A DNA stretch of 64,000 nucleotides from Octopus bimaculoides. Taxonomy: Eukaryota. The notes beneath the pieces were generated by a model. That model did not search any database. It had not been told where the DNA came from and saw only the letters and a program-made list of their open reading frames with translations. The stretch is taken from NCBI RefSeq assembly GCF_001194135.2, contig NC_068984.1, forward strand, positions 60,301,634-60,365,633. The letters are read 5' to 3'. Below, one piece after another: positions 26,445 to 39,861 of this stretch. A program made the translations under genes and the position numbers. Each line of letters opens with the position of its first letter. Position 1 is the first letter of the stretch.

Positions 26445-26538
26445 AAAAGGACAGAATAATGCTTTGGAATATTTTCACCCTAAATATATATATATATATA
26501 TAGGATGAAAATATTCCAAAGGATTATTCTGTCCTTTT
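26445..26538. repeat. Near-perfect 94-bp palindrome centred on (TA)n
   Basis: 37-bp arms at 26445-26481 and 26502-26538 with 2 mismatches. Confidence 0.9.
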
Positions 26539-26544
26539 CATCTT

Positions 26545-26619
<75 letters not shown>

Positions 26620-26627
<8 letters not shown>

Positions 26628-26810
26628 TTGTCCCCCACCACTACTTGACGACCAGTGTTTATGTATCTGTAACATAGTGGCTTGACAAAAAGAGACTGAT
26701 ATAATAAATACCAGGCTTATTAAAAAGTACTAGGGTTGATTCATTCATCTAAAAGTTCTTCAAGGTGGTGCCCCAGCATGGCCATCGTCTAATGACTAAA
26801 AAGGATGCAG
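26620..26810 (+). mobile_element. SINE family A, 3' half
   Basis: TTTGTCCCCCACCACTACTTGAC...GGTGGTGCCCCAGCATGGCC..CTAATGACT. Confidence 0.75.
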
Positions 26811-26972
26811 GGAAAATTTGTTAGTCATTAGCAATGCTCTAGAGAAGAACATAAAGATGATTGATATTGAAGAAGCTTCTTTTGGTTTTGATTATGAGCA
26901 TTTGATTATTTGATAAACTGACAGCCTATTCATTGAATTAATGTCTAAGTGGCTGAGTATTCCACAAATCTT

Positions 26973-27092
26973 TAATGTAAATCCTCACATCAATGTTAAT
27001 GTAAATCCTCACATCAATGTTAATGTAAATCCTCACATCAATGTTAATGTAAATCCTCACATCAATGTTAATGTAAATCCTCATGTCAGTGT
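26973..27092. repeat. 24-bp minisatellite, 4 perfect units plus 1 degenerate
   Basis: Unit TAATGTAAATCCTCACATCAATGT, contiguous with no spacers. Confidence 0.95.
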
Positions 27093-27544
27093 GACACAAT
27101 ATGCGACAAGGCTGGACATATGAATTGTACAGGGACATATATATATAGGTACATACGATGGCTTCTGCCTAGTTTCTGTTCGTTTCTTTCTACCCACTTC
27201 CAGTTCCACTTTGAAGGTTTGTGTTTACCTGAGGCTATGATAATAGACTCCATGAAGATATTGTATCATGGGATTGAACCTGAAACCTCATGATTGTGAA
27301 GCGAACTTTTTAACCACTCAGTCATGCTATCTATGTCCTGTTAATAGTACAATATCCAAAATTGTGTGTTACACTTTGTCAAAAGAAAACCATTATTCTA
27401 GTGGTAAAATATGAACTATCAACCCTTTGGCTAGTTGTTGACATTCTTTAGTTCCAGGTCAGCCATGCTTGAGCAGATGTACAGATACATTCCAATCATG
27501 ACCTTCCTGTCTTTTATTCATGTTGTATGTAGGATCACATTCTC

Positions 27545-27785
27545 CTTTTAAAACATTATCCCTTTCATTACCAAATTCCTACTAAAATACACTGCTTTGT
27601 TTTAATTAATTTTGGTAATTATGAAGAATTTAGTAAAATAACTTGATCATTATTAAACTGGAGTTTGTGACATAAATTAATATGAAATTTCTATGGAAGG
27701 TTTTAATTTAGTTCACTTTAAAATAGGAAGTTTATATCATAGATCCATGGGTGGGCTTGGGTGGTTTGGTATCTGAAGGGTTAAG
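27545..27785. mobile_element. piggyBac-like MITE (second family)
   Basis: Begins near CCCTTTCATTACC and ends GAAGGGTTAA. A reverse partial copy lies at 30854-31000. Confidence 0.6.
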
Positions 27786-28429
27786 GTATATTTTTAAGGG
27801 GAGTTTGGCTGCTATTATTTGCATTTGAGTGATCATAGGCCAGTATTATAACACCTTAGCTACTTATCAATCTGTTTTATTGTTATTGATGATGTTTAAA
27901 GATCATCTCTATTATTTTTATTGAACATACTATATATATATTATGTAGTGAGTTGGTCTTTCCCTCAGCATCGACATGCCGTATGAAACTTTCGTAAACT
28001 GCAGATATAAAAGTGTGCTCTGAAGATCTGAAACTGATAATTCTTCCTAGTGAAGAATTATTTAATGTCATTTTCATTCAGATGAGAGCAAATCGATTAT
28101 TTACTCAGCAAATGTTCATTCACCATTCATCGTTCACTACTGACATGGTGCACATAAATATGAGATAGCAACATGTACTGTCATATGCAGTTACTGTTGC
28201 TGTTATTGTTGTTGTTGTAAACAGTTTTATGGGATGGAGATAAATGAAGTAGTTAAGCATGGCAGTCTCAAGATATTGTTGTGTGTTTTGTTTCAATGTA
28301 GTAAATTATAGTATCTGTGTACATGTGCATGAATGTATGTGTGTTCATGTGTATGTGTGTAGATATATATATATATATATATATATACATATGCCTACAT
28401 ACAGATATATACCCACAAAAATACTTATA

Positions 28430-28514
<85 letters not shown>

Positions 28515-28523
<9 letters not shown>

Positions 28524-28682
28524 AGAAGAAGAGCAATTTTCCTTCTTTAAGAATATGGCAGGATAACATGAAAGAATGGGCTGGAATGAATGTCTCCAAG
28601 TACAAAATGATAATGAATGCATGTCTGGTGGTTGTTGTTGCTGTTCACCCCATAATGGAATGGATGATCAAAAAAAAAAAAA
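28515..28682 (+). mobile_element. RTE-like LINE extreme 3' remnant with A-tail
   Basis: [12 protein letters not shown] resembles the RTE C-terminal W.DN.KEW motif, followed by poly(A). Confidence 0.5.
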
Positions 28683-29054
28683 GAAAATTCTTTCTTTTTC
28701 TTTCCAAGCAGTGTATCGAAGTCTACATTATCAGATATGGTGGAGATTTGGCTGATATTTCTAGCATGTCAAATAACAACTCATTAGAACTTCCCATTGG
28801 CTTGTGCATGTCTGGCTGTCTTCAACTATGCCTCAGTAGTATCGTTGTTTAGTCTCATTGTAGATAGACATCTGAGTGAATTGGTGCAACAGTGGGCCAG
28901 CAGTGTGACACATATCTAGAGCACCAACCCTCCTCTGTGCTTTAACCATGAGACCATCTTCTGATCACCTCAGGTCAAAAGCAAACTAGGATCATTAGTG
29001 GCTTAGGTTAACTCCATGAACACCCCGCATCCAAGACTCTTGAGCTGGAGCCTC

Positions 29055-29490
29055 ATCACTGTCTTTTACTTGATTCAGTCATTGGACTACAGCCATGCTT
29101 GAGGAATTGAGGGCACCCACCCCAAGGAATTTTTTGTTGAATGAATTGACTCCAGTACTTATTATCTTTGTAAAGCCTGGTACTTTTTCTATCAGCCATT
29201 TTTGCTGAACCACTAAGTTCACAGGAGCATAAACACACAAACACAGGTTATCAAGCGGTGGTAGGAGACAAACACAGACACAAAGACACACACAAACACA
29301 AACACACACACACACACAGACACACAATAGGATTCTTTCAGTTTCCCTCTACCAAATCCACTCTCAAGGCTTTTGTAGGCCTGAGGCTATAGTGGAAGAC
29401 ACTTGCATTTGCCCAAGGTGCCATGCAGTGGGACTGAACCTGGAACGTGTGGAAAGAAAGCAAGCTTCTTACCACACAGCCATGCTTGTA
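29055..29490 (-). mobile_element. SINE family A
   Basis: Complete module order on the minus strand. Confidence 0.85.
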
Positions 29491-29504
29491 CCAATGTGTG
29501 CGTA

Positions 29505-29587
<83 letters not shown>

Positions 29588-30362
29588 NNNNNNNNNNNNN
29601 NNNNNNNNNNNNNNNNNNNNNNNNNNNNNNNNNNNNNNNNNNNNNNNNNNNNNNNNNNNNNNNNNNNNNNNNNNNNNNNNNNNNNNNNNNNNNNNNNNNN
29701 NNNNNNNNNNNNNNNNNNNNNNNNNNNNNNNNNNNNNNNNNNNNNNNNNNNNNNNNNNNNNNNNNNNNNNNNNNNNNNNNNNNNNNNNNNNNNNNNNNNN
29801 NNNNNNNNNNNNNNNNNNNNNNNNNNNNNNNNNNNNNNNNNNNNNNNNNNNNNNNNNNNNNNNNNNNNNNNNNNNNNNNNNNNNNNNNNNNNNNNNNNNN
29901 NNNNNNNNNNNNNNNNNNNNNNNNNNNNNNNNNNNNNNNNNNNNNNNNNAAATGAGGTTTTTTTTTACTTCTTTTTTTTTTCTCTTTTCTCTTTCTTTTA
30001 TTTTTGCTGGTTTGTCATTTTCTTCGCAATCAGCTGTTATTGTTTTTTCTTTAGTTGCTTTGTTTAAGTTTTGGTTCAGTAAATCTGTGACAAATATTTG
30101 ACAGGCAGTGTGTGGTGGTGATGGCTGCGTTGGTAGCGGCATCAGTGGTGGTGGTCATGGGACACTACAAACTTTGACATGCTTGAAGTATTCTAGTTTC
30201 ACAACAAGTTGGGTTGATATTGTCTTTGTCAGAAAGATGAGAAGGTTAAGTCAACTGTATCATATTCATAACTCAAGAGTTATGAGCTAATCAACTTTTT
30301 CTCAGTTATCCAGTACAATATCGACTATCTGTCTCATACAGACTGTCATGGAAGAAATGACA

Positions 30363-30411
<49 letters not shown>

Positions 30412-30626
30412 AATGATTCATTATATTGACAGAAGGCCAAGAATTTGTTGGGAAAGGTTTGATTGTATATAGGATTGAATAATCCACAGTATGTAACTGG
30501 AAGTTAGTAGTCATTTGGCCTACAAGAAATAGCTGCAAAACCTCCCTCAAAATCATATCTTATCATCTTAACCATTTTGAACTTGGTCCTGTGGTAACAA
30601 GCCACCTGTTTAATAATGACCAAAAT

Positions 30627-30853
30627 CTGCCCTTTAACATTTAAACTGGTCAGATCCAGCCCAATTATTCTAACTGTTATATGTTCAAATTGGCCAGATC
30701 CAGCCAATCACACCTACCCTACAATATCGTTCTGAAAGTAAATAATCACATCATGAAAATCTCAAACCTATGAGATAATGTGTGATTAATTCAAAACAAT
30801 GTAAATAAATAAGCATTACATTTGACCGAGTAATCGGAGCATGGAAGGGTTAA
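30627..30853. mobile_element. piggyBac-like MITE
   Basis: CCCTTTAACATTTAAACTGG...CACACCTACCCTACAAT...AAGCATTACATTTGA...GAAGGGTTAA. Homologous copies at 8018-8165 and 40430-41070. Confidence 0.7.
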
Positions 30854-31754
30854 AACCTCCTATCAAAGTTTCATGTTAATTTGTGCTCCAAACGCCAGCT
30901 TAATAATAACAAAGATATTTTAATACACTCTGTATTTTTTCAGAATTAATTTATACAAAGGCAGTGTATTTTAATAGAAATATGGCAACAAAAAGATTAA
31001 ACATAGAAAATCAACAATAATAATCAACAATCATCATCACTATGATCCCTTTATTTTCCCTTCTATTGGTATATGTATAAATTTCTCTTTTGTCTTGCTA
31101 CCTGAGTAGAATATGTTTCACTGAGGAGGTCTGATAAGACTGGAACATGTCTATTGCATTTACCAGTTGGCTTTAAAAACCGGATCCATTCCAATATAGA
31201 GTATGTGTATGTGTATGTGTTTGCGTGCATGCATACATGTGTGTGCATGTATGGTGTTGGCATATGCTTGTGTGCATTGTTGCTGATGCTGTTACCCTAT
31301 GTCAGCTCTGACTGAGCAGTCCTGTGATCTAAAGTATTCCAACTTTAACCATCTTGTCTTTTTCCTTCGGGCAAGCAATCAAGGAGCAGATCAGTGAATA
31401 TGATTATTGTAAAAGGTGGGCATATGATTAGAGTGAGATTTAGCTGCCATCCTAGAAGCTTCTGTGTGCAGGCTCATGCAAAATTGGTAACAAGTCCACA
31501 TCAGATATGAGATCTAGTTCCCTTTCCAAGTACAAAAAGGCCTGTGTCAGAAATAAAGTGCAGGTCCCCATTTCAACTGAGAATTGGCTGGGGCCAGATG
31601 TGAAATGTAGGCCCTTATTTCAACTGAGAATTGTCCCTGGTAAGATGTGTAATATAAACCTCATTTCAAACAGCTTCTCAAGTATTTCAGTAATCAGTGA
31701 TAAATACATATAGCTTATATATGAGTTACAGATATGCACTTGTGCATGTAGTCA

Positions 31755-31927
31755 CAGGTGTGGCTCTGTGATAAGAAATTTGTTTCCTAGTCCTGTGGAT
31801 CCTGGTTCAGTGCCACTGCATGGAAGTTGGACAAGTATCTTCTAATATAACTGCAAGCTGACAAAACCCTCATGGGTGGGTTTGACAGATTAGATCTGAA
31901 AGATGTGTGTGTGTGTGTGTGTGTATG

Positions 31928-31984
<57 letters not shown>

Positions 31985-32320
31985 ATATGTATATATGTAT
32001 GTATATATATATATGTATATATATGTATATATGCATGTATGTGTATATATGTGTGTCTTTGTGTTTGTCCCCCAGTACAACTTCGCAACCAGTGTTGGTT
32101 TGTTTACATCCCTACACTCACAAACGTTCATTCTATGCGTAAGCAATACATACATATACGATGGGCTTCTTTCAGTTTCCATCAGCCAAATCAACTCACA
32201 AGGCTTTGGTCATACAGGTGCTGCTGTAGAAGACACTTGCACAAGGTGTCATAAAGTGGGACTGAAACCAAGGTCATGTAGTTTGGAAGTAATCTTGTCA
32301 CCCTTCAACCTTTACTGTGC

Positions 32321-32360
<40 letters not shown>

Positions 32361-32496
32361 GATGACTCTTTGAGTTTTTGTCTACCAAATTTACTCATGA
32401 AATTTTGGTCAGCCCAAGGCTATAGCAAAAGAAACTTGCCCAAGGTGCCACCATGTGAACAGGAAGCAAGCTTCTTACCACACAGCTATGCCTGCA

Positions 32497-32500
<4 letters not shown>
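31755..32500. mobile_element. Cluster of SINE family A fragments in both orientations
   Basis: Plus-strand head at about 31755-31870 and body at 32060-32110. Minus-strand heads at 32150-32290 and 32360-32500. Confidence 0.7.
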
Positions 32501-32533
<33 letters not shown>

Positions 32534-32896
32534 TCATATATACATATATATACTTATGCGTGTGTGTGGGTGTGCATGTGTGTGTCAGAGTGATTCTGAC
32601 TGATTAGATATTTTAGGATCTGTTATTATGATATTGCCTGATTGAGTGTGTTATATATTACACAAGTGGATTTGATATGAAATGACATTGTTATTGATTA
32701 GCTATTGTATGATAGATATTCCCACTGAATATGATGTGATATCATATTCTAAAGTGTAGTGGTATTAGTTGTTGTAATTGGTATAGTATTATCTAATGGG
32801 ATATTGCTAGATGCTGTCTGATATGATATTGTGTTGTCAAAATTGGCTATGCAAGAAAGTTTTCAATTAATCACTAATTTAATGTTTATGAGTGCA

Positions 32897-32935
<39 letters not shown>

Positions 32936-33105
32936 NNNNNNNNNNNNNNNNNNNNNNNNNNNNNNNNNNNNNNNNNNNNNNNNNNNNNNNNNNNNNNNNN
33001 NNNNNNNNNNNNNNNNNNNNNNNNNNNNNNNNNNNNNNNNNNNNNNNNNNNNNNNNNNNNNNNNNNNNNNNNNNNNNNNNNNNNNNNNNNNNNNNNNNNN
33101 NNNNN

Positions 33106-33143
<38 letters not shown>

Positions 33144-33244
33144 GGCATGGTTGTGTGGTTAAGAAGCTTGCTTTGCAGCCATATGGTTTTGGGTTCAGTT
33201 CCATTGTGTGTGGCACCTTGGGCAAGTGTCTTCTACTGTACTTC

Positions 33245-33420
33245 CTAATGCCAGCCGCTCCAAGAGTGTAATGGGTGCTTTTACATGCCACTGGCAAGGG
33301 TGCCTGTTGCATGACACCAGTATCTACCATGAGTATGATTTCACTTGGCTTGATGGGTCTTCATCTCAAGTGCAGCATATTGCCAAAGGTCTCGGCCATT
33401 TTTTATTGCCTCCATGATGT
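33245..33420 (-). mobile_element. RTE LINE 3' fragment
   Basis: GAGAGTGTAATGGGTGCTTTTACATGCCACTGGC...GCAGCATATTGCCAAAGGTCTCGG. Confidence 0.7.
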
Positions 33421-33649
33421 ACATATTTATAAAACACGGTTTGGAATATATGGTACCATTTTCATGGTACCATATATTCTAGGATTTGTTTTAATTCATA
33501 CTTACTCAGCAAATATTATAATTCACCAAGAATCTCAACTTGTATGTATCCTTTTCTTATTTAAAAATATGCCATTTACATGCAAACGTTTGCTTAATTG
33601 AATATATAGATGTGCTTCATGAGAACACAGCTTGAATTATAATCCCTTT

Positions 33650-33684
<35 letters not shown>

Positions 33685-34019
33685 GTGTGTGTGTGTGTGT
33701 ATATATTACCTGACGTATACAGTATTATATATCCATTACAGCCGATCTTACCGGTCAGTTTCATGCTCGAGATTTAGTGGAGTGTTAGGTAACAATCCGA
33801 TAATTAGATCGTTACTTAACACACTGTTCAATCTCTAGTATAATGCAATGCTGATTGGTAATATTGGCTGTCATGGATATATAATACTGTACACTTTGGA
33901 TAATATACCCACTCTATTTACACATATACAAGTGCATTTTTTCCTGACTTATTGACTCTTAGATGACTTACACATATACATGCGTGTGTACATGTGTGTG
34001 TGTATTCATTTTATATATC

Positions 34020-35562
34020 TTGGGTTGGCAAGAAAGTAATTTTGTTTTTTTTGTGTGAAATAAAAGTCATCTTTTTCATGTAAAGAATGAACTTTAATCA
34101 ATTATATATTTTCCACTTTGTTTGATGACCTTTTGCCATCTTTCTGGCAACTTGATGATTCCACGCTCATAGAACTTCTGGTCCTTATCAGCCAAAAACT
34201 GAAGCAAGTGTGATTTCAGATCATCATCATTATTGAAAGTTTTACCATTCAAAGAATTTTGCAAACTTTGAAATAAATAGTAATCTGATGGTGCAAGGTC
34301 AGGGCTATATGGTGGATGTGACATCACTTCCCAAGCTCCAGTACTTTTTCATGAGTTAACAAAGATGTGTGTGGTCTAGCATTGTCATGGTGGAACATGA
34401 TTCCTTTACAATTTGCTGATTCTGGCCGTTTTTCTTTGATTGCTTCCTCCAGTTTCATTAGTTCTTGACAGTAAACAGCTGAATTGATTGTTTGGTTCTT
34501 TGGAAGCAGCTCAAAATACACAACACCTTTGTAATCCCACCAAATTAACATCATGATCTTTTTTGATGCAATTCAGCTTTTGATGTGGTTTGTGCTGGTT
34601 CATTACGTTTGGGCCATGATTGTTTTTGATTGATGTAATTGTAGACCAGTGGTTCCTAAATTTTTTTGGGCTGCCACCCCCTTGACACCCAGGCCACATT
34701 CCCACCGCCCCCACCCCAACTAACCATTACAAACATAGACATCTTTCCAAAGCAAATTCAAAGCAACTGTATTTCACAAATAAAACGTAACCTAATGAAC
34801 CCATTATTTTGTGTTTTTACATGAATTGCCACCTCATTATTGCCCCAATTTTTACATGAATTGCTACCCCATCATCGCCCCACTTTTCTTCAATGACCCC
34901 TTGGAACTTTCCACTGCCCCCAGGGGGTGCAATACTGCCCACATTGAGAACCACTGCTTTAGACAATCCATTTTTCATTACCAGTGATAATTTGTTTTAA
35001 AAGAAGGTCAATTTCATTGTGTTTGTGATGCATATCACAAATATTGATTTGTTATGTTAAATGAATCTCTTTCAATTTATATGGAACCTAAATATTGAAC
35101 TTCTTAACAAGTCCAAGACATTTTAAGTGATTTCCGATTGTTGCTTGTGATACATTGAACTTCTCTACAATGTGTCGCTCAGTTATATAATAATCATATT
35201 CAATTATGGCTTTAAGTTGGTCATGATCAACTTCAATAGGTTGACCAGAATGTTGGTCATCTTTGAGCGAAAAATCTCCAGAACAGAATTTATTACATAT
35301 CTTTTTGTGAGCCTCAGCAGCTTTCATGCCGTTACAGAAATAAGAAAGCAAAATATGCTGAAAATGTTTGTTTTTGCACTCCATGTTAAAATTGAAACTG
35401 AACTAACAGCTGTAAACAAAATTTTTTACAATTTGCTTCTAAAGTAAGCTAAAAGTAACAGCTATCAAATGTCAAAAGGAAAAAAATCATAACATTGACA
35501 AAAGTCATTCAAAAGTCGTAACTCTATTTGTGAAAAACGAAATTACTTTTTTACCAGTCCAA
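34020..35562 (-). mobile_element. Decayed mariner transposon (Hsmar1/cecropia-like TIRs), interrupted by a hAT MITE
   Basis: TIRs TTGGGTTGGCAAGAAAGTAATTTTG and CGAAATTACTTTTTTACCAGTCCAA. Motifs TGNEKWIV (first D replaced by N), HHDNARPH and HPPYSPDLAPSDYYLF. The N-terminal HTH region is ORF 35088-35384. Confidence 0.95.
34647..34956. mobile_element. hAT (Charlie-like) MITE nested in the mariner
   Basis: TIRs CAGTGGTTCCTAA and TTGAGAACCACTG. Imperfect 8-bp TSD TTGTAGAC / CTTTAGAC. Confidence 0.85.
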
Positions 35563-36528
35563 TATATATATATTTGAATGTGTGTTAATGTGTGCACAGA
35601 TGTGACACAGTAGGAAAGAAACACCACCCCTCTTTCTTCTTATCATTATGTTAGGTTAAATACCATGTAGTCTGTTTCTTCATTTATTTGTTTTACATCC
35701 ATGCTGCAAAGGCTTATTATTCAGGTGTTATTTTACAGCTGAATGTCATTTCAGTAAACATCACCTGTTTTAAGTAAGGGATTTCTGTTTCTTCAAAAGT
35801 ACAAGGCTGCAAGGCAGTTTGTTGAGTGATAATGAAACAACACAAGACAACTGGATATCCTAGAATATCCAATTTAAAGGCAAAATTTTTGTGTTTAATA
35901 ATAGTTATTATCTAATGTTCCATTCTAAACAGATAGTGCAAACAAACAGACAGCCAGACAGACGTCCCTGACATTCTTGAATACAAGAAACTTGTTCCAC
36001 CTCACTTAAAACCAAAAAAAAATGTATTTTATTTCTTCTGTATAGAAACAGTTGTTTTGCTCTAATCTCCTTCACATTAAGAGAAATTCACTTCACACAA
36101 TTTCATTTCTTACTTTTCTTTAATTTATTGCTATTTTAGTTAGAAGTGTTTATGTAGCAAAATCTTCTTGACAGACAAATGGCATGGAAAATACTGAATA
36201 GTTGTCATTAAAGGAAATCTGTGACCACCATGGTCATATATCTGTCTTATTTATGCATCTAACCACCCCCACTCTCTTTATCCAGTTGCCTCTTACATTA
36301 ACCCATTTATGTAATTCTCATGTGTATGTGTGCATTTATACACTCACAATCATATACACACTCTACACATTTACATATATATGTAGGTGCATGTATGTAT
36401 ATCTGTAGTTTATCATATGCATATGTGCCTATATATATATATGCTGCTCTCTAGCATTCTTTATGATCTTATGTACATAGAGAGAGGTATACATTTTTAT
36501 TTCTTATTATTTTTCTCTTTCTTTATGC

Positions 36529-36590
<62 letters not shown>

Positions 36591-37309
36591 TGAGACAGAA
36601 AGTGATAGATATATGTACACACATATACATATATATGTATGTGTGTGTATGTGGTATGGTATGCATTCTTATAAATTTAGTCATGATGAATTCATGTATA
36701 TTGCTCTTGTGTGTGTGTGTGTGTGTAGATAGATAGATATAATATTGGCAGTAATCTTCAGAAAATATAAGTTGACATGTTTATGGAGGTGTAAGTTATT
36801 TTTTATAGATAGCTTATGAAAATAAAAAAAAATTAATGTGGTTAGATCTTGAGACAGTGCAAAAATAATTTAAGTTGAAGGGTGGTAAGGACAGATATTC
36901 TAAGTTATTTTCCTTTGCCAAATTATACATCTTTTATATATTTTTTGCCCTCTTGACTACACATGCACACTTGCATGTTTACACATGTGCATGCATATCC
37001 ATGTACAGTATGGTAAGTTCACCATATGAATTTTTTTACTTAATTTTTCAACTTCAATTTTTCTCTTGTTTTTTTTTCTTCGTTTTCAATAAAATAGTTT
37101 TAAACTGTTAATGGTGAGATACTATGGCTATATTTTCTTGGTAAACTTTCCTCAAGGTGAACTTTCTTCATGAATTGATGGTGGTGAATTCTCCTGTGAT
37201 GAATTAATGGTGGTGAACTTACCTGTAATCATGTATATCTGCTCACTTTCACATTGCAATAAAGTTAATATGGCTTACAGGCTGTGCTCCTGAATCTGCA
37301 GCACTTTCT

Positions 37310-37880
37310 GGTCCAGAGACTCAGATGTCATCATTCCCCTTTGCTCCTTCTTTGTATAGCTACGCATGGAATACTGCTGGCCCCTGTGATCTGCACATAT
37401 CAAATCAAATATTATGAGAATAGAGCAATCATTAAAAAATTAAAAAGCATGACTGATCACTTCAAAACATTGAAACTTTATTCTCTCCAATCTTGATGTG
37501 ATTACATCATTTGGATAATAGAGAATTTACCATCAGCATTGCCCAAACAACCTTAACATCAAATACAGAATTCATACAAGACTAAGGCTCCATGCTGTAC
37601 ACCCCAAACACAAGCTCACAACACAGAAATTCACTGCAGTATGATTATTTTTCCTCAACAGGCCCTTCTCTGTTTGGTATCATCCCAAAACAAATGAAAC
37701 AAGAAAAAGATCCTATCACATTCAAACTATATCTAGGTATAGGTAAATATCTTCAAAGAATCTCAGACAAGCCACCTGTACATGGATACATCTCAGTCAA
37801 TAACAACTCCCTACTTGAATGGGCTATGACACCACAACACTTGACTTAAACATGACTTAACAGATTTTATCAGATGGTGC
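37310..37880 (+). mobile_element. CR1-like LINE ORF2 3' fragment
   Basis: KLYSLQ...FSSTGPSLFGIIPKQMKQEKDPITFK...KYLQRISDKPPVHGY..NNNSLLEW resembles the invertebrate CR1-group RT C-terminus. Frameshifted. Confidence 0.75.
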
Positions 37881-37944
37881 TATTAAGTTAGAGCTTTGAA
37901 ATGCACATTGTAAGGTTATTACAGTGTCAGTGTCTCATAAAAGG

Positions 37945-38135
37945 GCTGGTGTCAGTGCTAGGTTAAAAGCACCCAGCACACACTGTAGAATGGTTGGTGT
38001 TGGGGAGAGCATCCAGCCATTGAAACCAAGCCAAATCAGACTGGAACTTGGTGCAGCTCACTGGCTTGCCAGCTCTGGTCAAACTGTCCCACCCGTGCCA
38101 GCATAGAAAATAGATGTTAAAGGATAATGACGATG
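37945..38135 (+). mobile_element. RTE LINE 3'UTR fragment
   Basis: AAAAGCACCCAGCACACACTG...CATCCAGCC...CCCGTGCCAGCATAGAAAA...GTTAAA. Confidence 0.7.
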
Positions 38136-38419
38136 CTATTAAATACATGGATAGATACATAGGTATGTAATGAATGTATTTATGTATATGCATACATATT
38201 TGTGAATGTCCACACATACACAAATATATAAAATCTATATATACATACCCTCATATAGATTGCAAATGTTTTGTTATAAAGCAAAAAAAGCAAAAAAAGA
38301 CAACAAGCAAACCAGGAACCAGAGCAAACAATCACCCTTCTCTTTCTTAACCTTTCTCCAATTATCCCCACCAACCTCTGGCGCCATGTTGTCTCCTTTA
38401 TTAGAGATTGATTTAGTGG

Positions 38420-38725
38420 ATGGTGGTGGTGATAGTGTGATAGTGATGATGATGATGATAGTGGTGGTGGTGATGATGGTGGTGCTGACAGTGGTTACGT
38501 TGGTAGGGTATGTGATGGTGATGGTGGTTTTATTTGTTGTTGGTGGCAGTGGAAGTGGTGGTGATGATGATGATGATCATCATCATCATCATAGTGATAG
38601 TGATGGTCATGATTATGAATGTTGATGTTTGTAGTGATGATAGTTATAGCGCTGGCAAAGGTGGTGATGGCAGTGGTGGCAGCAGCAGCAGTGGTGGTGG
38701 TGGCGGCAGCGGTGGTGATGGTAGT
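38420..38725. repeat. Mosaic (GGT/GAT/AGT/GGC)n trinucleotide low-complexity tract
   Basis: Directly visible. Confidence 0.85.
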
Positions 38726-39146
38726 GGTAGGTTGCAGAGACAGACCATGTGTAGGTCATATAGGTTTTCTGACAATCATCAATATCCATGTGTCTTGTGA
38801 AGTATTTTAGATGAGCTGTCAAAGGATGGAAGCAAGCAAAATGTGTGTGTTTGTGTATGTATTTGTGTGTGTGTGCATGTGCATATGTGTGCGGTTGTGT
38901 GTGTGTATGCGTGTGCAGATGGGGTGTCATGTAAGATGGGTGTTTGTTGGTTGGTAGGTGGGGTGGGGAAAATCGTTTCTGATAAACACCACTTCACACT
39001 TAGCCATAATTCATATTTAGTTTCACACTTGAGAGATGAGTGGCGCAGGGCTAGGTGGGTTGCGGTTCATATTTAAGGACAGTGTGGAAAAGACGGTGGG
39101 GGGAAAAAGTGAGAAGTAACCAGAAAGAAAGGTTGAAATGAAATAA

Positions 39147-39189
<43 letters not shown>

Positions 39190-39810
39190 ATAGAGGGGGA
39201 AGGGAGGTGATAGCAGATAGAGAAAATAATGTATTAATTAAATTTGGTTTAAATCTTGAAAAGCCAATGAAAAAAATAAATTTTTAAAAAAACCTTAAAA
39301 ATGGTAAGAAAATTTATATTTTTTTTTCTCTCTCCAATCCACCTTTTCCATGCTTTCTAACACATGACATCCCTTTTTTTTTTCACATTNNNNNNNNNNN
39401 NNNNNNNNNNNNNNNNNNNNNNNNNNNNNNNNNNNNNNNNNNNNNNNNNNNNNNNNNNNNNNNNNNNNNNNNNNNNNNNNNNNNNNNNNNNNNNNNNNNN
39501 NNNNNNNNNNNNNNNNNNNNNNNNNNNNNNNNNNNNNNNNNNNNNNNNNNNNNNNNNNNNNNNNNNNNNNNNNNNNNNNNNNNNNNNNNNNNNNNNNNNN
39601 NNNNNNNNNNNNNNNNNNNNNNNNNNNNNNNNNNNNNNNNNNNNNNNNNNNNNNNNNNNNNNNNNNNNNNNNNNNNNNNNNNNNNNNNNNNNNNNNNNNN
39701 NNNNNNNNNNNNNNNNNNNNNNNNNNNNNNNNNNNNNNNNNNNNNNNNNNNNNNNNNNNNNNNNNNNNNNNNNNNNNNNNNNNNNNNNNNNNNNNNNNNN
39801 NNNNNNNNNN

Positions 39811-39861
<51 letters not shown>

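Noticed and set aside
26973-27092. CRISPR array
   Set aside because: The units are contiguous with no spacers, there are no cas genes, and the context is eukaryotic.
37850-37900. CR1-like LINE as the partner of SINE-A
   Set aside because: Only GGTGCT is shared in this decayed copy, too little to support a shared tail.
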